Part shown: positions 9,620 to 17,431 of the stretch, one piece after another | Position numbering within the stretch: the first letter of the stretch is position 1 | How the letters are laid out: each line of letters opens with the position of its first letter | NCBI GenBank assembly: GCA_020025875.1 | Contig: JAHHRI010000004.1 | Location: 125-64,124 of the forward strand | Source of the DNA: Alphaproteobacteria bacterium | GTDB lineage: Bacteria > Pseudomonadota > Alphaproteobacteria > RF32 > CAG-239 | DNA: 64,000 nt | Reading direction: 5' to 3' | Translations under genes and position numbers: made by a program | Notes under the pieces: generated by a model | What the model saw: only the letters and a program-made list of their open reading frames with translations | Told to the model about the DNA's origin: nothing | Database searches by the model: none

Positions 9620-12600
9620 ATGTGGAAAAAAGTTTTGCTGCTGATCATTATTTTGATTCTTGTTGCCGTCAGCGGGGTGACGATTTATTTCAACAATATC
9701 GACTGGAATCGTCATAAGGACAAAATCTCTCGGCAGTTTTCGGCGGCTACCGGCAAAGAGGTGGTGTTTGACGGTTCGGTGCGATTTAGTTTGTTCCCGT
9801 CCCCTTATTTGGAGGCGGGTGATATTTCCATATATAACCGTAACGCTTCCGGCGAAAGAGTGTTGTTGGCGAAAATTAAGAAATTGGTTTCCACCCTTTC
9901 GATCCGTTCGTTGGTCAGCGGCAATTTTAATGTTGAGCGTATGAGCCTGATCGAACCCGATATTTATGTCGAAGTTTATTCCGACGGCAAGCTGAATTGG
10001 CAGTCTTTAAGCGGCAACCAGCAGCAGTTTCAGATTGATAATGTGGAGATTTCTCTAAACAGCCTGACGGTGGAAAAGGCAAAAATGCATCTTATCAATC
10101 ATGATTACAACATCAATTCGGTGTTGGACAATATGAATGCCGAAATTATTGCCCAAAGCTTGTTTGGTCCTTATCGGATTGAGGGCAGCTATGTTAAAGA
10201 CAACAGTCCGGGCGGTTTTGCGGTTTCTCTCGGCCAGTTTTCCGACAGCTTTGCCACTTCCGTCAATGCGGTGATCAGTCATCCGCAGTCGGAAAGTTAT
10301 GTGCGTTTTGACGGTACAGTGTTGTTAAACAATGACGCCATTAACGGCAACCTGATTTTTGAATCGCAGAATCCGGTCAATTTTTTCAATACTAATTTCA
10401 AAAATACCGCAATCTCCGAAGATTATGAACGTCCGCTGGTTTTGTCAATGGAGCTTAAAACCGATAAGTCGCAGATCAGCCTCGGTAACATTGTCGTCAA
10501 ATATGGCGGCAGCGCCGGTGCCGGCAACATCTTGATTCCGAGAACCGAGCAAAAGATAGGCGACAACGGTATGGAGCGGCGGCGTATCGATGCGGTGTTC
10601 AACATGACCGAATTTGAACTGGAACCCGCCGTTTGGTTGGTGCGTGATTTTATCAAAAAATTTGACCGCAAGGAAAATTATGTGCCCGATTATGATTTTG
10701 ACATAATTGCCGATTTGAAAGCGCTAAAAACAATTTACAACGGACAAGTGATCAGAGATTTTGATTTAAGCGTTGATTTTATGAATAATATTTTGAAAAT
10801 TCAGAATCTGAGCGCCACTTTGCCGGGGGAGGCGTCCGTTAAAATCAGCGGCGAAGTTTTTGGCGTTGAAAAGAAGATGACCTACAATTTCAATCTTGCT
10901 TCCAGCATGAGCGATTTTGGAAAATTTATCCAATGGCTGAAGGTCGGGGTTGAACCGTTTGCACAAGGAACTTACAAAAAAGCAAGCCTGTCGGCAACCG
11001 TGGAAGGTACAACCGAAACGGTTAAAATTGCGCCGTTTGACTTTATGTTGGACAAGAGTGTGCTTTCCGGCAAAATCGGTATCGTTCGCGGCGAAAAAAA
11101 TCGCTGGTTTGTGATTGCCGACGGCGACAGCATCAACTTTGACAACTACATTGAGGCATTGCCGGCAGACGTGGCGGCGAAAGATTGGCGCGAACGTTTG
11201 CGCTATCGTTTCGGTAAGCTGGCGTTTTTGAAAAATACCGATTTGCAGTTTCGCACTTCGCTGAAGATGGGAATTTTTGAAAAGATTCCGTTTGAAGATT
11301 TGGCGATGGAAGCCACGGTTAAAAACGGGGTGATGAAGATTGACGATCTGTCGGTTAAAAGTGTGGCCAGCGGCGACTTTACCTTTAAGGGCGAAGTGAG
11401 CGGCTTTGGTCAGCTGCCACAGGTTAAAAATCTGAAATACAAAGCAGATATCAATGATACGCTCGCGTTTCTGAACAAGTTTGAAATTGATATTGCCGAT
11501 GTCGATTTCAACGAGTTACACAACTTTTCCGCCTCGGGAGTGGTGACCGGCGGCTTAGAGCGCGCGGCGACCAAAAGCGTTTTCCGTCTGGGAAATATCG
11601 ATGCCGCTTATCACGGTGAAGTATCTTATCGTCAAAATATATACCATCTTAACGGTAAGGTTGAAGTGCGCGCCCCCGATTTTGTTAAAATGCTGAATTG
11701 TTTTTCCATCGACTATTCGCCGGACTATCCGTTGGGGCTGTTTAAGATGTCGGCGGCGGTTAAAACCGGTGCTCACGTTGCCGTGTTTGACCAATTAAAT
11801 GCAAATATCGGCGCCAACAAATTTGCCGGCAGTCTTGCCTATCAACAGAAAGACGGACGTTATCAGGTTAAAACCGAACTTGATGTCAACCGTTTTGAGT
11901 TTGAAAAGTTTTTCTACAATATTAATCGTACCGATGACCAAACCAATTTCCGCAATCCGGCAGAAATGGCTACCTTTATCGTCAAGCCGCGTTTAAGCCA
12001 AACACGCATCAGTTATGACTGGTTGAAAAATTGGGACGTTAATGCTTCTTTGAAAGCAAACAACTTGTTGCTGAACAGTTTTTCGCTGCGCAAAACAGCG
12101 GGCAAGCTGATGCTGAACAAAGGCGTGCTTAAGCTGAATGATTTTGTCGGCACACATTCTAAAGGCACAATCAGCGGCGAAGCCGAGCTGAATATTGTGC
12201 AAGATGCCAAACTGAGCGGCAAGGCAAACATTAAGAATGTCGTTATTGGCAAAAACGGATGGGGCGGCAGCGTTTACGGGCTGACCGGAGGTACGCTTAA
12301 TGCCGATGTTGTTTTCGACACATCAGCGGTTTCTGTCGAAAGCCTGCTGAGCGGTTTGTCGGGCACGATCAAGTTTGACATTGTCAAGCCAACGGTAAAA
12401 GGCTGGAACTTTGAAAAAATCGAGAACGATTTGGATAAACGCGACGTGTCGGATGGGTTTACGGTGGTTGTTCGCGACGCTTTGGGACAAGGAGATACCG
12501 AGTTTGCTTCATTTGTCGGCGGCGTCACTTTGAACAAAGGTTCTTATGCGATTGACAACGCCCAATTTGTCGGTGACGGACTTGTGCTTGATCTGCAAGC

Positions 12601-13813
12601 CGACGGCAGCCTGAAAGATTGGAGTAATAAAGCCTTCCTAAAGGTTGCCTTTGATGAGAAAAAAGTTCCGGGGTTTGATTTTTCTTATGACGGATCCATC
12701 AATACGCCGATGCTGGCGGTTGACGTCAGTCGGACAACCGGCGTGTTTGATGCGCATTGGGAAAAATTGGCGGCCGAGGCCAAGGCGCAAGAAGCGGAGC
12801 GCATTGAGAAATATCGTCGGTTGATGGATGAGCAGCAAAAGAAAGCCCATGTTGCCGAAACCGAACTCAATGAAGAACTTATGCCAAACTTTCAGGCGTT
12901 CAGCCGGTTGGCTCACGACAAAGGTACGCGCGAAAGCTATCGGTTGCTGAAGCAAAAGATAGATTCTCTTCATATGCTTTTGCAGGAAATTTTTGTTAAA
13001 GACAATATGGTCAATATCGGTGATGAAATTGTAGCTCGTCTGGATGAGCAAAACAAAAAGGCGGTAACGCAATTGCGGCAAATTCGGGCGGAGTTGGAGC
13101 GTGTTCATCTGAAAGACGTCAAACTGCGGATTAACGAAAGCTATAATGTTATTTTTGAGCATTATAATCGTTCCAAGCAAGTGTCCGGCGTTTCCATAGA
13201 CAAATTGGGAGAAGTGGAAAAACGATTGGCGGCAATCAATACCTCGTTTTATCCCAAAAAAGATCCGTATATTATGGAACAGCAGAAGAAAATCGAAAGC
13301 GAACTGTTGCTGATTGATCAGATCAATTCAGACATTGCGAAAGACAATATCATTTTGCAAAATGTAAGAGATACGGAAAAGTTGGAACATTTTTACCGCA
13401 AATTTGATGAAGCGCGTCAAGAGGCGGTCAATGTGTTGGCGGCGATGGAAAAAGCCTCGGCGGAAATGGCCAGCTATCTTGAGAGCAAAGCGGCAGCGGA
13501 AGAAAAAGCCTATACCGATATGCTGCACCGTCAGGAAATTGAGCGCAAAATGCAGGAAAATACCGGACAAATTTCCACTGCCGGCAAAACCGTCAAAGTG
13601 GAGCGCAATATGGATGAAATTCGGCGGACGGAAGAAGCCGTCAAAGGGCAAAAAGTGCGGGTGCTTGATTTTTCAGATGATACGCAAAGCGGAAGCATGA
13701 CCGATTTTGAGCGACACCCGCAACACCAGAAGCAAGAAACGGAAACCGGTATCATCCTCCGTCCCATCGATACCGAATCGGCAGGAGACGGCGGAATAAT
13801 TGTGAAACAATAA
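9620..13813 (+). CDS. AsmA-family envelope protein with long C-terminal coiled-coil extension
   Basis: 1397 aa. N-terminal TM anchor (VLLLIIILILVAVSGVTIYF) is followed by the AsmA-type start ..ISRQFSAATGKEVVFDGSVRFSLFPSPYLEAGDISI... It then has a long beta-rich body and about 370 aa of E/K/Q-rich heptad-like sequence at the C-terminus. Confidence 0.75.
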   Translation: MWKKVLLLIIILILVAVSGVTIYFNNIDWNRHKDKISRQFSAATGKEVVFDGSVRFSLFPSPYLEAGDISIYNRNASGERVLLAKIKKLVSTLSIRSLVSGNFNVERMSLIEPDIYVEVYSDGKLNWQSLSGNQQQFQIDNVEISLNSLTVEKAKMHLINHDYNINSVLDNMNAEIIAQSLFGPYRIEGSYVKDNSPGGFAVSLGQFSDSFATSVNAVISHPQSESYVRFDGTVLLNNDAINGNLIFESQNPVNFFNTNFKNTAISEDYERPLVLSMELKTDKSQISLGNIVVKYGGSAGAGNILIPRTEQKIGDNGMERRRIDAVFNMTEFELEPAVWLVRDFIKKFDRKENYVPDYDFDIIADLKALKTIYNGQVIRDFDLSVDFMNNILKIQNLSATLPGEASVKISGEVFGVEKKMTYNFNLASSMSDFGKFIQWLKVGVEPFAQGTYKKASLSATVEGTTETVKIAPFDFMLDKSVLSGKIGIVRGEKNRWFVIADGDSINFDNYIEALPADVAAKDWRERLRYRFGKLAFLKNTDLQFRTSLKMGIFEKIPFEDLAMEATVKNGVMKIDDLSVKSVASGDFTFKGEVSGFGQLPQVKNLKYKADINDTLAFLNKFEIDIADVDFNELHNFSASGVVTGGLERAATKSVFRLGNIDAAYHGEVSYRQNIYHLNGKVEVRAPDFVKMLNCFSIDYSPDYPLGLFKMSAAVKTGAHVAVFDQLNANIGANKFAGSLAYQQKDGRYQVKTELDVNRFEFEKFFYNINRTDDQTNFRNPAEMATFIVKPRLSQTRISYDWLKNWDVNASLKANNLLLNSFSLRKTAGKLMLNKGVLKLNDFVGTHSKGTISGEAELNIVQDAKLSGKANIKNVVIGKNGWGGSVYGLTGGTLNADVVFDTSAVSVESLLSGLSGTIKFDIVKPTVKGWNFEKIENDLDKRDVSDGFTVVVRDALGQGDTEFASFVGGVTLNKGSYAIDNAQFVGDGLVLDLQADGSLKDWSNKAFLKVAFDEKKVPGFDFSYDGSINTPMLAVDVSRTTGVFDAHWEKLAAEAKAQEAERIEKYRRLMDEQQKKAHVAETELNEELMPNFQAFSRLAHDKGTRESYRLLKQKIDSLHMLLQEIFVKDNMVNIGDEIVARLDEQNKKAVTQLRQIRAELERVHLKDVKLRINESYNVIFEHYNRSKQVSGVSIDKLGEVEKRLAAINTSFYPKKDPYIMEQQKKIESELLLIDQINSDIAKDNIILQNVRDTEKLEHFYRKFDEARQEAVNVLAAMEKASAEMASYLESKAAAEEKAYTDMLHRQEIERKMQENTGQISTAGKTVKVERNMDEIRRTEEAVKGQKVRVLDFSDDTQSGSMTDFERHPQHQKQETETGIILRPIDTESAGDGGIIVKQ

Positions 13814-13891
13814 GATATTGGGCTTGTCGAATCGTTTTTTTGAGGTTATATTATTAAGTATTAACGTTGCAGTTATTATTTGGAGATTTTG

Positions 13892-14785
13892 ATGCATAGA
13901 AAACCCGAGGTTTGTATCCTCCCGGTGGCCGGATTGTCAACACGCAATCTGCCCGCCACCAAAGTTTTACACAAAGGCTTTTTAACCTTAAACAACCTGC
14001 CCATCATTCAATATGCGATCAATGCTTGTGCGGAAATCGGCATCAAAGATGTGGTTTTCGTTTACAGCGACCAGTCTTGCAAGCATTTGTTTGAAGCCTA
14101 TTTTTCTCGAAATGTCTGGCTGGAAAAACATCTGGAGGAAAAAGGCAAGACAGATTTGCTAAAAGCCGTGCAAGCGGTCATTCCCGACGGGATGAACTTT
14201 CATTTTGCCGAACAAAGCGAACCCAAAGGCAACGGCCATGCCGTGTTGATGGCCAAAGATATTGTCGGCAAGCGCGATTTTGTGGTGATGTGGCCTGACG
14301 ATGTTTACATTAACATTCACGGCGGCAAGGGTATCCTCAGCCAGCTGCTTGATGTTTATGAAACCGAAGGGGGTATGGTGGAAAACATTATGGAGTTTCC
14401 GCGCGAACAGATGGTGCGCTACGGTGCTTTGATCGGTGCCATGCGCGACGGCAGAATTGTGCGCGCCAAAGGTAAGATCGAAAAGCCGCCGTTGGATCAA
14501 GTCCCTTCCAATTATGCCAGTATGGGCCCCTATATTTTGCCTAATGAAATTATGGATATTTTGCCGGAAGTTAAAAAAGGCACCAATGGCGAAATTAATT
14601 TGGCAGACGCTGCCGGTTTGGCGGCAGAGCGCGGTATGAAACTGACCGGCGTTTTATGCGACGCCACACGTTTTGACTGCGGCACCAATGCCGATTTGGC
14701 CAAAGCAAACCTGAAACTTTCGTTGATGGAAAATCCGGATTTGCGAGCCTATTGCAAAGAACTGCTTGATACGATGATGGTTTGA
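13892..14785 (+). CDS. galU: UTP--glucose-1-phosphate uridylyltransferase
   Basis: Nucleotidyltransferase N-terminus ..ILPVAGLSTRNLPATKV..K..L.., then ..EPKGNGHAV... ATG 13892 is preceded by GGAG; the track's TTG at 13880 is less likely. Confidence 0.8.
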   Translation: MHRKPEVCILPVAGLSTRNLPATKVLHKGFLTLNNLPIIQYAINACAEIGIKDVVFVYSDQSCKHLFEAYFSRNVWLEKHLEEKGKTDLLKAVQAVIPDGMNFHFAEQSEPKGNGHAVLMAKDIVGKRDFVVMWPDDVYINIHGGKGILSQLLDVYETEGGMVENIMEFPREQMVRYGALIGAMRDGRIVRAKGKIEKPPLDQVPSNYASMGPYILPNEIMDILPEVKKGTNGEINLADAAGLAAERGMKLTGVLCDATRFDCGTNADLAKANLKLSLMENPDLRAYCKELLDTMMV

Positions 14786-14804
14786 CACCAAGAAGCCAAG
14801 CCGG

Positions 14805-14834
14805 AAAAAGGGTGATGTTCTCGCCCTTTTTTTT
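14805..14834 (+). terminator. intrinsic terminator after galU
   Basis: Stem GGGTGA/TCGCCC, loop TGTTC, followed by T8. Confidence 0.65.
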
Positions 14835-15067
14835 ATGCGCTGTCCGGTGTTGTTTTGAGATAAACGTTCGGAATGAAAAAAACGTCCATCTACTTTTGGA
14901 AATGTTTTTTGCTTTGTTCGGCAGAATATCGTTGCCGACGAGAGAGGTGAATTTTGTCACTAAAAAGACTTGAAAAAACGGAAATAAAGTTGTAAAAGCA
15001 TGAACATCCGCCGGACACCCCTGGAGGTTCGACGGAATAAAGTCAATTTTATATAAGGAATTTTAAA

Positions 15068-15358
15068 ATGGTAGATATTACTTTTAATGCTGAAAAACGC
15101 GAGAAAGCAGGTAAGGGGGCAGCTCGGGCATGTCGTCGTGAAGGACGCGTTCCTGCCGTCATTTATGGAGGAAAACAGGAGCCGGTTATGGTCAGCCTGC
15201 ATCCGGTTGAGTTGGAAAAAGCTCTGGATATGGTTGGTTTTTACGATGCCGATATTGAAATCTTGGTTGACGGTAAGAAGTTCAAAGTCAGCTGTCAGGA
15301 CGTTCAGTTCCATCCGGTCAGCGATCGTCCGATCCACGTTGACTTTTTGAGAAAATAA
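15068..15358 (+). CDS. rplY: 50S ribosomal protein L25, short (single-domain) form
   Basis: 96 aa. Contains ..REKAGKGAARACRREGRVPAVIYGG.. and ..VQFHPVSDRPIHVDF... Conserved L25-pth-ychF order. Confidence 0.88.
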   Translation: MVDITFNAEKREKAGKGAARACRREGRVPAVIYGGKQEPVMVSLHPVELEKALDMVGFYDADIEILVDGKKFKVSCQDVQFHPVSDRPIHVDFLRK

Positions 15359-15413
15359 AATTGCAAAAGGTCTGTGTTTTGCGACTGCCGTCCGTTGTTT
15401 GCCAACGGCGGTT

Positions 15414-15441
15414 GTCGGCGGAAAGCGCGGACCTTTTTTTT
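15414..15441 (+). terminator. putative intrinsic terminator between rplY and pth
   Basis: GTCGGCG-GAAAG-CGCGGAC stem (one mismatch) followed by T8, ending 17 nt before the pth ATG. Confidence 0.45.
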
Positions 15442-15457
15442 ATTTAAAGGTTTGTCA

Positions 15458-16030
15458 ATGTTTTTGATTGTCGGTTTGGGAAATCCGGGTATCGAATATG
15501 CGGGTACGCGGCACAATGTCGGTTTTGCGGCAGCAGATGCCGTTGCGGAAAAATACGGGTTCGGTGTTTTTCGCAACAAGTTTGACGGATTGATTGCCGA
15601 GGGCAAAATCGGTCATGAGAAAGTTTATCTGCTGAAACCGCAGACTTATATGAATCTTTCCGGCAATTCGGTGGTGAAAGCGGCGTCTTTTTACAAAATT
15701 CTGCCGGAGCATATTGTGGTTATTCACGATGACATGGATTTGCCTGTCGGCGGGCTGAAGGCCAAACTCGGCGGCGGTGCCGGAGGACACAACGGATTGA
15801 AGTCTGTGGATGCGGCAATCTCGTCCGGTTATAATCGAATCCGCATAGGCGTCGGGCATCCGGAAGGGCGCGGCGCGGAAGTGGTCAACCATGTGTTGGG
15901 AGGCTTTTCCAAAGTTGACAGAGAACGTGTCGACTCGGTGATTGAACTGGTGGTTGAAACGCTGCCGATACTGCTGGAAGAAGGTGTGTGTGCCTATTCT
16001 GCTCTGATCGGAATGAAAAAAGGCAAGTAA
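15458..16030 (+). CDS. pth: peptidyl-tRNA hydrolase
   Basis: Canonical start MFLIVGLGNPGIEYAGTRHNVGF at ATG 15458. The track's upstream extension crosses the terminator-like region. Confidence 0.93.
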   Translation: MFLIVGLGNPGIEYAGTRHNVGFAAADAVAEKYGFGVFRNKFDGLIAEGKIGHEKVYLLKPQTYMNLSGNSVVKAASFYKILPEHIVVIHDDMDLPVGGLKAKLGGGAGGHNGLKSVDAAISSGYNRIRIGVGHPEGRGAEVVNHVLGGFSKVDRERVDSVIELVVETLPILLEEGVCAYSALIGMKKGK

Positions 16031-16139
16031 ACAAAAGAAGTTTTTATCTGTTTGGGTTGCCCAATCGATGTAACCGCGGCTTTGAGCGAAATTGGCGACA
16101 AGCCGTTTAAAAGACTGGAAAATTTTAAGGAGTTTATTT

Positions 16140-17249
16140 ATGGGATTTAATTGCGGAATAGTCGGTTTGCCAAATGTCGGCAAGTCGACGTTGTTTAATG
16201 CGCTGACCCGCACGATAGCGGCGCAGGCGGCTAACTTTCCGTTCTGTACCATTGAGCCGAACACCGGACGGGTGGCGGTTCCCGACGCTCGGCTGCAGAA
16301 ATTGGAAGAAATCGTGCGCCCCAAAACGGTTACTCCGACACAGCTCGAATTTGTCGATATTGCCGGTTTGGTCAAAGGGGCTTCAAAAGGTGAGGGACTG
16401 GGCAATCAGTTTTTGGCCAATATCCGCGAAGTGGATGCCATTATCCATGTTCTTCGTTGTTTTGATGATGATAATGTTACTCATGTGGAAGGTGGTGTCG
16501 ACCCGATCCGCGATGCCGAAATTGTTGAAACGGAACTGATGATTGCCGATTTGGAATCGTTGGAAAAGCGTTTGGATCAGACGGTAAAAAAAGCTCGCGG
16601 CGGAGAAAAAGAAGCCAAAGTTCGCCTGTCGGTGATGGAGCCGGTGATGGCGGCTCTCAAAGCCGGCAAGCCCGCGCGTACGGCAGAACCGAATGCGGCT
16701 GACAAAGAAGCGTTAAAAGAATATCGGATGTTGCAGCTTTTGACAGCCAAACCGGTGTTGTATGTTTGCAACGTCGATGAAGGTTCGGCGGCGACAGGCA
16801 ATGCCTATTCTGAATCCGTGGCACAAAAGGCAGCGGCGGAAAATGCGCAGTCGGTCGTCATTTCGGCGGCAATCGAATCGGAGGTGGCTCAGCTGGAAAA
16901 CGAAGATGAACAAAAGGAATTTTTAGCCAGTTTGGGGTTGGAAGAAACCGGTTTATCGAAAGTTATCCGCGCCGGCTACAAACTTTTGGGGTTGGAAACC
17001 TATTTTACCGCCGGACCGAAAGAAGTGCGGGCGTGGACTTTCTTAAAAGGTTCAAAAGCACCGCAATGCGCCGGCATCATCCATTCGGATTTTGAACGCG
17101 GGTTTATCCGTGCTGAAACGATAGCTTATGACGATTTTGTTAAATACGGCGGTGAGCAGGCTTGCAAAGAGGCCGGTAAAATGCGCTCGGAAGGCAAAGA
17201 TTATGTCGTTTGCGACGGTGATCTGCTAAACTTTTTGTTTAATGTATGA
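16140..17249 (+). CDS. ychF: ribosome-binding ATPase YchF
   Basis: Canonical start MGFNCGIVGLPNVGKSTLFNALT at ATG 16140 with AAGGAG 8 nt upstream. C-terminal ..DGDLLNFLFNV. Confidence 0.95.
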   Translation: MGFNCGIVGLPNVGKSTLFNALTRTIAAQAANFPFCTIEPNTGRVAVPDARLQKLEEIVRPKTVTPTQLEFVDIAGLVKGASKGEGLGNQFLANIREVDAIIHVLRCFDDDNVTHVEGGVDPIRDAEIVETELMIADLESLEKRLDQTVKKARGGEKEAKVRLSVMEPVMAALKAGKPARTAEPNAADKEALKEYRMLQLLTAKPVLYVCNVDEGSAATGNAYSESVAQKAAAENAQSVVISAAIESEVAQLENEDEQKEFLASLGLEETGLSKVIRAGYKLLGLETYFTAGPKEVRAWTFLKGSKAPQCAGIIHSDFERGFIRAETIAYDDFVKYGGEQACKEAGKMRSEGKDYVVCDGDLLNFLFNV

Positions 17250-17296
17250 GGCAGATCATATAGCCATTGAGCAGAGCCGATAGGAAACTTTCAGAT

Positions 17297-17324
17297 AAAA
17301 AGAGCCTGATTTCAGGCTCTTTTT
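17297..17324 (+). terminator. intrinsic terminator after ychF
   Basis: A-tract, then a perfect 9-bp stem AGAGCCTGA/TCAGGCTCT, then a T-tract. Confidence 0.8.
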
Positions 17325-17431
17325 ATCTTTTGTCGGTGAGATGATGAAAAAAGTGTTTTTTAGGTAGATTTTAAAAAAAAAGATGCTAAAATTAACTATT
17401 ATTTAAGAAATTAACGATTGGGGGATCACTA

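Noticed and set aside
15010-15045. tRNA-like GGTTCGA T-loop motif upstream of rplY
   Set aside because: No acceptor stem, D-arm or anticodon arm can be drawn around it. It is an isolated heptamer.
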